Source: an uncultured delta proteobacterium
Lineage (GTDB): Bacteria > Myxococcota_A > Polyangia > Fen-1088
NCBI GenBank assembly: GCA_963755125.1
Contig: CAVWIP010000001.1
Coordinates: 64,001 to 128,000 of the forward strand
Direction of reading: 5' to 3'
DNA: 64,000 nt
Below the pieces are notes generated by a model that saw only the letters and a program-made list of their open reading frames with translations, was not told the DNA's origin and made no database searches. A program made the translations under genes and the position numbers. Shown here piece after piece: positions 42,383-55,048 of the stretch (positions are counted from its first letter, which is position 1; each line of letters opens with the position of its first letter).

Positions 42383-43621
42383 CTACAACCAATGCCGCAA
42401 CCCATACGCCAGTCGCTCTAGAATGCGCTCGAGCAACGGCCGCCGGCTGAAATCTTCCCAACGGATTTCGGTCCCGGCCGCCATGTCTTCTAGCAACGTG
42501 GCTGCCAGAGCCTCGTTGCATTCGCGATCGAGTGCATTGACGACCAGTTCCAGGTTGTAGACCAAGGATCGATGGTCGAAGTTGTAGCTGCCGATGGATA
42601 CGAACTCGCGGTCCACCAGCAGGGCCTTGCTGTGAGCCACTGGGTTGTGCTGGAAAAGCCGAATGCCAGCCTTGAGCAGGCGCGCGAAGCTGGCCCGTGA
42701 AGCCAGATCGGCCAGCAGGTTGTCGCTGGCGACGGGCACGAGCACCCGCACGTCCACGCCGCGGGTCACGGCGCGTGCCAGCCCGTTCATGAAGCCGACG
42801 TCGGGCATGAAGTAAGGGCTGACCAGATAGGCGCGTTCGCGGCTGGCCCGGATGGCGTGCAGGGCCGCCCGGCGGATGGAGAAGCGATCAACCAGCTCAC
42901 CGTTGGCGATCACGGCCAGGGCGACGTCACCCGCGGGGGCGGGCCGGTGCACGCGGCTGCGCTTGAAGCGCAAGCGTCGCTTGGCCCTCCAGTTCCATGT
43001 GCGCAGAAACTTCTGCTCGATGGCTTGGACTGCTGGGCCCTTCACCTCCACGGCGACGTCGTGCCAGCCGGTTCCATCGCCGGTTTCGGGCAACCATGCG
43101 TCGGCGACGTTGATGCCACCCACGAAAGCCACCTGGCCGTCACAAACCAGTGTCTTGCGGTGGTTGCGCCGGAGGAGGGTCCAGAAGCGCGGGCGCCAGA
43201 TCCGGTAGGGGTGGTAGGGGAAGGTGAAGACGCCCGCCCGCCGCATGTTGGCGAAGAACTCGGGCGAGTCGTGACGGCACCCGATGAAGTCGTAAAGCAG
43301 GCGAACCGAGACGCCGCGACGAGCGGCACAGCACAGAGCATCGGCGAAGCGCCGACCGATCCGGTCGTCGTCGAAAATGTACATCTCCATAGATACGCGC
43401 GTACGGGCCGCGTCGATCGCGTCCAGCCAGATGGGAAATGCCTGATCTCCATTGCGCAGCAGGCGTACGGCGTTCCCCGCTGTCAGATCGTCCAGGTCTT
43501 CGATGTACGCCAAGGCGTCGCCAGGTGCGGCCGCAGCCGGCGAAACCAGCGAAAAGTGGAAGAGCGGAGGCAGCGCCACAGCAGCAGCGAAACAGTCTAT
43601 CTGAAGTCCAACCGTTTTCAT
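42383..43621 (-). CDS. Cardiolipin synthase (ClsB-like phospholipase D family)
   Basis: Two HKD motifs ([16 protein letters not shown]), GGINV, SPYF, GSYNFD..S; start uncertain. Confidence 0.88.
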   Translation of the reverse strand: MKTVGLQIDCFAAAVALPPLFHFSLVSPAAAAPGDALAYIEDLDDLTAGNAVRLLRNGDQAFPIWLDAIDAARTRVSMEMYIFDDDRIGRRFADALCCAARRGVSVRLLYDFIGCRHDSPEFFANMRRAGVFTFPYHPYRIWRPRFWTLLRRNHRKTLVCDGQVAFVGGINVADAWLPETGDGTGWHDVAVEVKGPAVQAIEQKFLRTWNWRAKRRLRFKRSRVHRPAPAGDVALAVIANGELVDRFSIRRAALHAIRASRERAYLVSPYFMPDVGFMNGLARAVTRGVDVRVLVPVASDNLLADLASRASFARLLKAGIRLFQHNPVAHSKALLVDREFVSIGSYNFDHRSLVYNLELVVNALDRECNEALAATLLEDMAAGTEIRWEDFSRRPLLERILERLAYGLRHWL

Positions 43622-43666
43622 GATTTGACCCGAGGGAGACTAGCGGGTAACTTCTGTGCCGCCACG

Positions 43667-43882
43667 ATGGGTCGAGAAGAACACATAGAATTCCAGGGCC
43701 GCGTGATCGAGGTCTTGCCTGCGGGCAATTTCAAAATCGAGTTGGAGAACGGCCATCAGGTGCTCGCCCATCTCGGCGGCAAGCTGCGCAAGCACCGCAT
43801 CCGCATCGTGCTGGGCGACAAGGTCACGGTCGCGTTGACCCCATACGATCCGACGCGCGGAATCGTCGTGTATCGGGGCTAG
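43667..43882 (+). CDS. infA: Translation initiation factor IF-1
   Basis: [18 protein letters not shown]...[28 protein letters not shown]...PYD..RG. Confidence 0.95.
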   Translation: MGREEHIEFQGRVIEVLPAGNFKIELENGHQVLAHLGGKLRKHRIRIVLGDKVTVALTPYDPTRGIVVYRG

Positions 43883-43938
43883 TTCCGCCGGTCGTAGGTT
43901 GGTAGCTGGTTGAGCGGCCTGGTTGGCAGCGGCGGCGA

Positions 43939-44004
43939 GGGCGCGCGCGAAGCGCTCGGTGTGGGTAGGGTGGTGGCGGGTCCCGAAGTCCCCGACGGGG
44001 GAAC
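43939..44004 (-). repeat. Copy 2 of the ~65 bp palindromic repeat
   Basis: Reverse complement GTTCCCCCGTCGGGGACTTCGGGA...CCCACACCGAGCGCTTCGCGCGCGCCC. Confidence 0.7.
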
Positions 44005-44116
44005 CGGTGGCCGGTTCCGGCTGCCGGATCCGGCTCCGGCCACCGCATCCGGTTCCGGCCCCGGTCCCAGCAGGGCAGGGCGGGCGAGTCGCTCTGGGCA
44101 TTGTAAGATAGGCGCT

Positions 44117-45466
<1,350 letters not shown>

Positions 45467-45494
45467 CCATTCCCGGTTCCGGGACCGGTGGCCG

Positions 45495-45562
45495 GATTCC
45501 CTTTTCGGGGGCTTCGGGATACACCACCGACCCTGCCCACCCCGCGCGCTTCGCGCACGCCC
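45495..45562 (+). repeat. Copy 3 of the ~65 bp palindromic repeat
   Basis: GATTCCCTTTTCGGGGGCTTCGGGA...CCCACCCCGCGCGCTTCGCGCACGCCC, enclosed by ACCGGTGGCCGG/CCGGCCACCGG arms. Confidence 0.7.
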
Positions 45563-45642
45563 TTGCCGGTTGCCGGCCACCGGCCCCGAGGCGGCAGAAG
45601 GCTGGCCGATGGACCCAGATTACGCTAGACAACCAGCAGGAC

Positions 45643-47034
45643 ATGTCCAATCCAGTTTCGGCCTCGCCCAAGGCCCACGCGCCGGTCTTGCCGCCCACGC
45701 TCAAGCCGCCCGCGGATCCGGGGACCCTGGTGCACCGGCAACTGCGCGACGGTCCTTTCTGGCAGCGGCTGCGGGCCTACGCCGATGTGCCCGAATCCGA
45801 TTTTCTCGACCACCGCTGGCAGGCGAAGAACTCCATCACCAACGTCCCGCGCCTGCTGGCCGCGCTGCAAGGTTTGGTCGACGCCAGCTTCATGCGTGAT
45901 GCGGAAGAGGGCTTCCGCCACGCGCCCATGCCGGTGCGGGTCTCACCCTATCTGCTCTCGCTCATCGACTGGTCGCGGCCCTACGAAGATCCTCTGCGCA
46001 TTCAGTTCATCCCGCTGGCCTCGCGCCGCCTGCCTGACCATCCCAAGGTCGATCTCGACCCCCTGCACGAGCGGCAAGACATGCCGGTGCCGGGGCTGTC
46101 ACACCGCTATCCCGACAAGGTTCTGTTCCTGCCGCTCGATACCTGCCCGGTCTACTGTCGCTTCTGCACCCGCAGCTACGCTGTGGGGCTAGATACCGAG
46201 GAGGTCACCAAGTTGCAGTTCGGCGTGGATGTGGAGCGCTGGCGCCTGGCTTTCGAGTACGTGGCTTCGCGACCGGAGGTGGAGGACATTCTCATCTCGG
46301 GTGGGGACGTCTCGCAACTGCGCGACGAGCAGGTGACCTACATCGGCGAGGCCTTTTTGGCTGTGCCGCATGTGCGGCGCATCCGCTGGGCCACCAAGAT
46401 GCTGGCGGTCATGCCGCAGAAGTTGCTCAGCGATAGCGCATGGGTCGACGCCCTCACACGCATTGCGGACAGAGGGCGCCAACTCCACAAAGAGGTCGTG
46501 CTTCACACCCACTTCAATCATCCCGACGAGATCACCGCCATCACGCAGGCCGCGACCAACAAGCTCTTCGATCGCGGCATCACGGTTCGCAACCAGACGG
46601 TGCTCATTCGCGGGGTGAACGATAGCCCCCCGGTCATGGGTGTGCTCATCAAGCGTCTCAGTTTCGTCAACGTGCACCCCTACTACATCTACGTGCACGA
46701 CATGGTGAAGGGCGTTGAAGATCTACGCACGACCGTGGAGAGCGGAGCGCAACTGGAAAAACATCTCCGTGGGTTGACCGCTGGCTACAACACGCCGGCG
46801 ACGGTGGTGGACACGCCGGGCGGTGGCAAGCGCGACGTGCACTCCTTCGAACACTACAACCGCGAAACCGGAATCTCGGTCTATGCCTCGCCGGTGGTGC
46901 ATCCGGGGCAGCTCTTCTGCTACTTCGATCCCATTCACCTGCTGCCGCCCTCAGGGCAAGCCCGCTGGGCCGATCCGTCGCAGCACGACCGCATGATCGC
47001 AGAGTCGCTGGAAGAGGCGCGCAGCCGGCGATGA
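45643..47034 (+). CDS. KamA-family radical SAM protein (lysine 2,3-aminomutase-like)
   Basis: HRYPDKVL, CPVYCRFCTR, ISGGD, HFNHPDEI, NQTVLIRGVND, PYY, PGGGK. Confidence 0.9.
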   Translation: MSNPVSASPKAHAPVLPPTLKPPADPGTLVHRQLRDGPFWQRLRAYADVPESDFLDHRWQAKNSITNVPRLLAALQGLVDASFMRDAEEGFRHAPMPVRVSPYLLSLIDWSRPYEDPLRIQFIPLASRRLPDHPKVDLDPLHERQDMPVPGLSHRYPDKVLFLPLDTCPVYCRFCTRSYAVGLDTEEVTKLQFGVDVERWRLAFEYVASRPEVEDILISGGDVSQLRDEQVTYIGEAFLAVPHVRRIRWATKMLAVMPQKLLSDSAWVDALTRIADRGRQLHKEVVLHTHFNHPDEITAITQAATNKLFDRGITVRNQTVLIRGVNDSPPVMGVLIKRLSFVNVHPYYIYVHDMVKGVEDLRTTVESGAQLEKHLRGLTAGYNTPATVVDTPGGGKRDVHSFEHYNRETGISVYASPVVHPGQLFCYFDPIHLLPPSGQARWADPSQHDRMIAESLEEARSRR

Positions 47035-48047
47035 GTTTCGACGACGAGCTGGAGCGCGGCTGGGACCTGCTGGAAGCGGGAGACGAACCGGCTGCCCGGC
47101 GACTGGCGGAAAGCCTTTACGGCGACGATCCGGGCCATCCCGATGTGCTGCTGCTGCAGGCCGCCTGCTGCCGTCAGACGGGCGCCATTGTGGAGGCGTT
47201 GCAACTTCTCGAACAGGCGGCCCAGGCCGACCTCAATTGGGCTGCGCCCGAGATCTGGATCGCCGAGATCTTGGCTGAGGATCCCGAGCGGTGGAGCGAG
47301 GCTCTGCAGCACGCGGCTGCTGCACTCGACCGCGCGGAAGAAGAAGACGAGTTCCTTGAGGCATTGGCGCTCAAGGCGGGGCTGGAGATCGATGTGGGCA
47401 AGCCGACCGCAGCCCGCAAGACCCTGGCGGAGCTGCCGCCTCTGCACGCAGGAGCGGCGGTGCCGCCCGCACTCGCGCTTGACTTCGCTCATCTGTTCCT
47501 CGAGGTCGGCGATGTGGACGAGGCCACGCGGCGGTTTCAGGCGATGGTAGATGCCGACGGCCGGGATGCCGACGCCTGGCACGGATTGGGCCTGTGTGCC
47601 GAGGCCAGAGACGACGAGGCCGGGAAACGTCAGGCATGGCTCCGCGTTCTTGCGCTTGACGCCGAGAAGCCGCTGGCCGCGTCTCTTCTGTCGGAGGTGC
47701 AGATGGCCGAGGTGGCCGAGGCGACCCTGCGCGAACTGCCGCGGCGGGTGCGCGAGCTGATCGCGCATGTGCCCATATTGATCGTCGATCTTCCCGCGCG
47801 TGACGAGGTCGACCAGGGTCTGGACCCGCGACTGCTCGGCATGTTCGCGGGTTCGCCCTACTCGGACCCATCCATGATGGGGGGCCAACCCCAACTCACG
47901 CAGATCCTGCTGTTCCGCAAGAACTTGGAGCGCGCCGCGCACAGCGTCGAGGAGTTGCGCGAACAGATCCGTATCACCCTCCTGCACGAGACCGGGCATT
48001 TCTTCGGCATGTCGGAAGAAGACCTCGCCGAAGTCGGGTTGGAATAA
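47031..48047 (+). CDS. TPR protein with C-terminal minimal zincin (DUF1025-like) metallopeptidase domain
   Basis: TPR-like helices; LLGMFAG...ILLFRKNL...ITLLHETGHFFG. Confidence 0.85.
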   Translation: MSFDDELERGWDLLEAGDEPAARRLAESLYGDDPGHPDVLLLQAACCRQTGAIVEALQLLEQAAQADLNWAAPEIWIAEILAEDPERWSEALQHAAAALDRAEEEDEFLEALALKAGLEIDVGKPTAARKTLAELPPLHAGAAVPPALALDFAHLFLEVGDVDEATRRFQAMVDADGRDADAWHGLGLCAEARDDEAGKRQAWLRVLALDAEKPLAASLLSEVQMAEVAEATLRELPRRVRELIAHVPILIVDLPARDEVDQGLDPRLLGMFAGSPYSDPSMMGGQPQLTQILLFRKNLERAAHSVEELREQIRITLLHETGHFFGMSEEDLAEVGLE

Positions 48048-48166
48048 TGCATCCCCTACTACTCAACGGTGGGACTGGACGAGAAGAGAGGGGCGGTGGC
48101 GGGGGGTGGTCCGCCTGGTTCCGCTCACCAAAACTGTGGACCGGACTGTGGACGGAGGCAGAAACT

Positions 48167-48206
48167 AAAACGGCCAGTCGGAGGTAGCTCTCCAACTGAC
48201 CGTTTT
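48167..48206 (-). terminator. Rho-independent terminator downstream of tRNA-Val
   Basis: 17 bp stem (two G-U pairs on the minus-strand transcript) ending in UUUU. Confidence 0.6.
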
Positions 48207-48221
48207 CATTCGTGAATTTTG

Positions 48222-48293
48222 TGGGCGTTGCAGGATTTGAACCTGCGGCTTCCACCGTGTGAAGGTGACACTCTTCCACTGAGTTAAACGCCC
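48222..48293 (-). tRNA. tRNA-Val (CAC)
   Basis: GGGCGTT/AACGCCC acceptor stem, anticodon loop TTCACAC, GTTCAAATC T-loop; CCA not encoded. Confidence 0.93.
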
Positions 48294-48352
48294 GTGGTTG
48301 GTTTCGTGTAGGCTGAAACCTCCATTCTGTCAAGGGGTTGGCTGATTGTGTT

Positions 48353-49960
<1,608 letters not shown>

Positions 49961-50137
49961 GCTAGTAGTCCCAAGACAGCGTAACTCTTACCTTCGGCGA
50001 TTTCCACATGTCCGTCAAGGTTGGGGGCTGGAGGTTGTCAACTCCGATCGTGGTTCCGACCACTTGTGAAGGGGGTACGGCTTCTTTCGGCAATCGTCGA
50101 CGTCGCCCCCAGTCTTTAGACGGTACAAGTGAACGAT

Positions 50138-50968
50138 TCAGCCAAAGAAAATCGACCTCCGCTCAAGCAGCAGGTCCGCGATCATGCGGTCGACGACGTT
50201 TCGAACCTGCTCTGCGATCTCCAACGTGTCGCGGTCTGGCTGCGACATCGGGGCGATGGCTTTGCCGATCTGGATGCTCCATTTTGCTGGCACCGGGAGC
50301 AAGCCGAGTGGCCCGAGCAGCGGAAAGGTGGGGGTGATCGGAATATAGGGTAGCCGGAAGGGTTTGGCTAATTGTGTTAGCTTGGCCACCACGGGATGGG
50401 CTTCCTCGGCGCCCACGATGGCGACCGGGATGATCGGCACCTTGGCCGTGCGCGCCAGCCGAACAAATCCGCCGCGTCCAAAGTTGGTCAAGCGGTAGCG
50501 TTCGCGGTACGGCTTGCCCACGCCGCGCAGACCCTCGGGGAAAACGCCGACCAGTTGGCCGCGCTCGCAGAGGTCGAGGGCGTTGCGCATCGACGCGCGC
50601 ACGCCACCGATGCGCGCCACCACCGGCCGCATCCACGGCGATCGAACCGCGAAAGTTGCAACCAGGGGACGCAGAGGTCTGCGCGCGGGATGAAGCGAGT
50701 GGCAGGCATGGATGAGCATGGCCCCGTCGTAGGGCAGGCCGCCAGAGTGGTTGGCGACCAGCAGCGCGGCCCCGCTGGCAGGCACGTTTTCCAGTCCGAG
50801 CAGCCGCACCCGGAAGTAGCGCGACCAGAGGAATGCGAGGGCAGGGGCCGTGCGTTCAAGAAAAGCGGGGTCGAAGCCGAAGTCGGGCAGGCCTGCCGGG
50901 TCAGGCATCGGCCTGCGCACGGCCGCGACGATCGCTTTGAGTGCATCCTTGATCGCCGGGTCCATCAT
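50138..50968 (-). CDS. Lysophospholipid (PlsC-like) acyltransferase
   Basis: VANHSGGLPYD, VFPEG, GFVRLA, PIIPVAIVG. Confidence 0.88.
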   Translation of the reverse strand: MMDPAIKDALKAIVAAVRRPMPDPAGLPDFGFDPAFLERTAPALAFLWSRYFRVRLLGLENVPASGAALLVANHSGGLPYDGAMLIHACHSLHPARRPLRPLVATFAVRSPWMRPVVARIGGVRASMRNALDLCERGQLVGVFPEGLRGVGKPYRERYRLTNFGRGGFVRLARTAKVPIIPVAIVGAEEAHPVVAKLTQLAKPFRLPYIPITPTFPLLGPLGLLPVPAKWSIQIGKAIAPMSQPDRDTLEIAEQVRNVVDRMIADLLLERRSIFFG

Positions 50969-50989
50969 GGTCGAGCAGAGACCGCGTTC

Positions 50990-53668
50990 TCAGGATTCGA
51001 TGAGAGTCCGCAGCCTTTCGGTCCAGCGTTGCACGATATCGCCTAGAGTTGTGTCCGCAGGCGAGGCAGCCCCGCCTTGCGCCAGGTCTGGCCGGCCGCC
51101 ACCCTTGCCACCCAGATCCTGCAAGAGCAGGCTCACAATCTTCCCTGCGTGGAGCTTGTCCTGCGCGCCCGGCGTCACGGCGCACACCATCGCGAGCTTG
51201 CCCTCGACTGCGCCGGCCAACACCAGCACGCCCGGATCCATGCGCGGCTTGAGCTTGTCCGCGGTTTCGCGCAAGATCTTCGGATCGCCCACGCCCACGT
51301 CGTGCACCAGCAGCCAGTAATTGCCGACTTGTTGGCGATTGGCCAGGGGATCGCGCGAGCCGCCGGACGCAATCTGCGCCTTGAGCTTGCCGATTTCCTT
51401 CTCGCGCTCGCGCAACTCGCCTTGCTGTTTTTCCAGTCGCGCGGCGACTTCAAAGGGACCGGCGCGCAGGATCGCGGCGGCCCCGGCCAGTTCGTTCTCC
51501 ATGCGCCTCACCAGCGCCAGCGAGCCCAGACCGGTCACGGCTTCCAGACGCCGCACACCCTGGGCCACGCCGCTTTCCTCGACGATCTTGATGAGCCCGA
51601 TGTCGCCCGTCCGCTGCACGTGTGTGCCGCCGCAGAACTCCTTGGACTCGCCCATGGTCATGACCCGAACCGTGTCACCGTATTTCTCGCCGAAGAAGGC
51701 GATGGCGCCGGCTTGCTTGGCTTGAGCAATGGGCAACACATCGGTGGTGACCGGCAGGTTGTGCAGCACGCGGGTGTTGGCCAGGTCTTCCACTTTCTGC
51801 TTCTCTTCGGAAGACAGCGGCGCCAGGTGAGAGAAGTCGAAACGCAAGCGCTCCGGTGCCACCAGCGAGCCTTTTTGCGCCACATGTTCGCCCAGCACCG
51901 TGCGCAGGGCCCAGTGCAGGAGATGAGTTGCAGAGTGGTTGCGCCGGGTGGCGTTGCGGCGTTCGACGTCCACAACCAGGTCAAGGGTGTCACCCACCTG
52001 GATGTGCCCGCTCTCGATCTCGCACAGGTGAACGGCGAGAGATGAGAGGGGCCGCTTGCTGTCGACCACCCTGAGCGCGCCGTGCGGTCCGGTCGCGGTA
52101 CCCGTGTCGCCAACCTGGCCGCCCTGCTCGCCGTAGAACGGGGTTTCACGGCACACGACCGCCACCGGAGCCTTGTACGGCGCCGTCACCCTGGTGACTT
52201 CCTTCCCCTCGGCCACGATGGCAACGATTGCGCTCTTGGCGGTCATCTCCTGGTAGCCGAGAAACTTGGTGGGGCCGACCCGGTCGAGGATGCTCTGGAA
52301 CACGCCCTCTACGGCCAACTCGCCCGAGCCCACGAATTCGGCACGGCGGCGCTGTTCTTCCATGCTGGCATCGAAGCCGGCTTCGTCGACCGCGAAATGG
52401 TTGCTGGCGGCAATCACGCGGGTCAAATCGAAGGGAAACCCGTAAGTGTCGTACAATCGAAAGGCGATCGCACCGGGAATCACGCGATCCGGGCGCTTGC
52501 CCATCTCGTCGTCCAGCATACGCATGCCTCGGGTCAACACCTCGCGGAAGCCATTTTCCTCCTCGCGAGTGATGGCCTCGATGACGCTGCGGCGATCGCG
52601 CAACTCAGGGTACACGTCCCCCATCATGTCGACGACCATACACGCAAGTCTGGGGAAGTGACTGCCGCTGCGAAGTCCCAACAACCAGCCGTGGTAGATG
52701 GCGCGCCTCATGATTCGGCGCAAGACGTATTCGCGGCCGGTCTTTTCGGGGAACACACCATCAGCAATCAGAAACGCGGCGGTGCGTGCGTGGTCCGCCA
52801 TGGCGCGCATGGAAACCGCGATCGAGCCATCGCTGTAGTCTTCGGGCACGAAGGTCTTGCTGGTCAGCCTCTCGACTTCGGCAATCAGCGGCCGAAGCAG
52901 GTCGGTTTCGTAGTTGGAACGGAAGCCGCCCAGCACGGCACACAGGCGCTCCAGCCCCATGCCCGTGTCAACCGAGGGTTTGGGCAGCGGACGGCGCGTG
53001 CGATCAGGCAGTTGCTCGAACTGCATGAACACCAGGTTCCAGATCTCGATCCAGCGGTCGCAGTCGCAGGCCGGCCCCAGGCAGGCGCGTCCAGCCGCCA
53101 CCTCGGGACAGGGAATGTCGTCACCCTGGTGGTAATGGATCTCGCTGCACGGGCCGCACGGGCCGACTTCGCCCATGGCCCAGAAGTTGTCCTTGTCGCC
53201 CAGACCCAGGATCCGGTCGTCGCCCACGCCGGCCACCTTCTTCCACAACAGCCGCGCGTCGTCGTCGCTGTGATGGACGGTGTACACCAGACGCTTGGGG
53301 TCAATGGCGTAGCCCTTGACCAGAAGGTGGTGCGCGAACTCGATGGCGTCGGCCTTGAAGTAGTCGCCAAAAGAAAAATTGCCAAGCATCTCGAAGAAGG
53401 TGTGGTGTCGGGCGGTGCGGCCGACGTTTTCCAGGTCGTTGTGCTTCCCGCCGGCGCGCACGCACTTCTGCGAGCTGCAGGCACGGGAGCGCGACCGCTG
53501 CGCCTTGCCGGTGAAGACGTCCTTGAACTGGTTCATCCCGGCGTTGGTAAAGAGCAGGGTCGGGTCGTTGGCCGGCACCAGCGACGAGCTGGGAACTTCC
53601 TCATGGCCCTTGGCCACAAAGCTGTCGAGAAACGTGCGGCGGACTTTCTGCGAAATCCAGTCTGACAT
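50990..53668 (-). CDS. alaS: Alanine-tRNA ligase
   Basis: DPTLLFTNAGMNQFK, HHTFFEMLGNFSFGDYFK, DTGMGLER, NHSATHLLH, EFCGGTHV, GGKGGGRPDLAQGG. Confidence 0.98.
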   Translation of the reverse strand: MSDWISQKVRRTFLDSFVAKGHEEVPSSSLVPANDPTLLFTNAGMNQFKDVFTGKAQRSRSRACSSQKCVRAGGKHNDLENVGRTARHHTFFEMLGNFSFGDYFKADAIEFAHHLLVKGYAIDPKRLVYTVHHSDDDARLLWKKVAGVGDDRILGLGDKDNFWAMGEVGPCGPCSEIHYHQGDDIPCPEVAAGRACLGPACDCDRWIEIWNLVFMQFEQLPDRTRRPLPKPSVDTGMGLERLCAVLGGFRSNYETDLLRPLIAEVERLTSKTFVPEDYSDGSIAVSMRAMADHARTAAFLIADGVFPEKTGREYVLRRIMRRAIYHGWLLGLRSGSHFPRLACMVVDMMGDVYPELRDRRSVIEAITREEENGFREVLTRGMRMLDDEMGKRPDRVIPGAIAFRLYDTYGFPFDLTRVIAASNHFAVDEAGFDASMEEQRRRAEFVGSGELAVEGVFQSILDRVGPTKFLGYQEMTAKSAIVAIVAEGKEVTRVTAPYKAPVAVVCRETPFYGEQGGQVGDTGTATGPHGALRVVDSKRPLSSLAVHLCEIESGHIQVGDTLDLVVDVERRNATRRNHSATHLLHWALRTVLGEHVAQKGSLVAPERLRFDFSHLAPLSSEEKQKVEDLANTRVLHNLPVTTDVLPIAQAKQAGAIAFFGEKYGDTVRVMTMGESKEFCGGTHVQRTGDIGLIKIVEESGVAQGVRRLEAVTGLGSLALVRRMENELAGAAAILRAGPFEVAARLEKQQGELREREKEIGKLKAQIASGGSRDPLANRQQVGNYWLLVHDVGVGDPKILRETADKLKPRMDPGVLVLAGAVEGKLAMVCAVTPGAQDKLHAGKIVSLLLQDLGGKGGGRPDLAQGGAASPADTTLGDIVQRWTERLRTLIES

Positions 53669-53741
53669 GGGGCGGGGAGACTAGCGTGAGTGCCGGCGTC
53701 AGTCGACTGCCGACTTCTGGTAGGTCTTGCGGGAGGCCCCG

Positions 53742-54905
53742 CTATTCCTTGACAAACCGATCCACGCCCCCGACGCTGCCGGCCTGGCTGGCGGTCGATA
53801 CGTTGAAATCCTGGCCCACCTGGCCCCCTTTGCTGACACCACGGAAGAAGAGCGCGAAATCGTCGGGGTTGGTCGACGCGGAGATGGCGTCTTCATAGGT
53901 GACGAAGCGGTTCTTGACCAGCTCGGTCAGCGACTGGTCGAAGCTGATCATGCCGTAGGGGTCACGGCCCGTGGCTATGGCCTCGTGGATCTCGCGCGTA
54001 CGATTCACATCGGCAATCAACTCGCGCACGCGGGCCGTGCTGACGAGAATCTCGACCGCCGGGACCATGCCCATGCCGTCGGCCCGCGCCACCAGTCGCT
54101 GTGAGATCACGCCCTTGATGACCGAGCAAAGCTGCAGGCGCGCCTGAGCTTGCTGGTGGGGCGGATAGATGGACACGATGCGGTTGATGGTCTCGACCGC
54201 ATCTACGGTATGCAAAGTCGAGAGCACCAGGTGCCCTGTTTCGGCCGCGGTGAGCGCGATCTCGGTGGTTTCCAGGTCGCGCATTTCGCCGACCAGAATG
54301 ACGTCGGGGTCCTGGCGCAAGGACGCGCGCAGTGCCCGCGCGAACGACGTCGTGTCGAACCCGACTTCGCGCTGGTTGATCACGCTGCGCCGATCCTTGA
54401 ACGCGTACTCGATGGGGTCTTCGATGGTCACGATGTGGGCGGCCCGGCTGGTGTTGATGTAGTCGACCATCGCTGCCAGGGTGGTAGACTTGCCCGACCC
54501 AGTAATCCCGGTCACCAAGAGGAGTCCGCGCTCTTCATCGGCCAGCTCCAGCACCTTGTGCGGCAGATTCAAGCGTTCGAATGGCGGAACATTGGGCGGG
54601 ATGAGACGCATAACGACGCCCATGAATCCGCGCTGTTGCAGGATGTTGACCCGGTAGCGGAAGCCGTCGGCGGTGGCATAAGCAAGGTCGACGTCCCAAT
54701 TCTTCTCGAACAGCTCTCGCTGGCGCGGATTCATCATGCTCGCCCCGAACTCCTCCACCGCCTCCTTGGTCAAGGGTGGCACATTGGCCACCGTGCGTAG
54801 GTCACCCTTGACGCGGAAGATGGGCGGCAAGCCCACCTTCAAGTGGACATCGGACGCGCCTAGCTGTCGGGCGGCCTGCAGTACCCTGTCGAGGACGCTC
54901 ACCAT
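53742..54905 (-). CDS. PilT/PilU-family type IV pilus retraction ATPase (paralogue)
   Basis: ASDVHL, GITGSGKST, EDPIE, LRQDPDVILVGEMRD, GHLVLSTLHT; start uncertain. Confidence 0.9.
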   Translation of the reverse strand: MVSVLDRVLQAARQLGASDVHLKVGLPPIFRVKGDLRTVANVPPLTKEAVEEFGASMMNPRQRELFEKNWDVDLAYATADGFRYRVNILQQRGFMGVVMRLIPPNVPPFERLNLPHKVLELADEERGLLLVTGITGSGKSTTLAAMVDYINTSRAAHIVTIEDPIEYAFKDRRSVINQREVGFDTTSFARALRASLRQDPDVILVGEMRDLETTEIALTAAETGHLVLSTLHTVDAVETINRIVSIYPPHQQAQARLQLCSVIKGVISQRLVARADGMGMVPAVEILVSTARVRELIADVNRTREIHEAIATGRDPYGMISFDQSLTELVKNRFVTYEDAISASTNPDDFALFFRGVSKGGQVGQDFNVSTASQAGSVGGVDRFVKE

Positions 54906-55048
54906 CTTTGTTACCGATCGATCGACATCTTGCGAGACGAGCCCAGACGACAATCTGCCATTCCTTCACATTACCACGCCCACCCCCATTTCGCGCTTTG
55001 ATATGGGAGTTTTTGACCTTTGCCCGCGTCTCACCTAGGGTCATAGGA

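Noticed and set aside
42857..43666. Apparent long N-terminal extension of infA
   Set aside because: Antisense to the cardiolipin synthase gene; IF-1 homology starts at 43667
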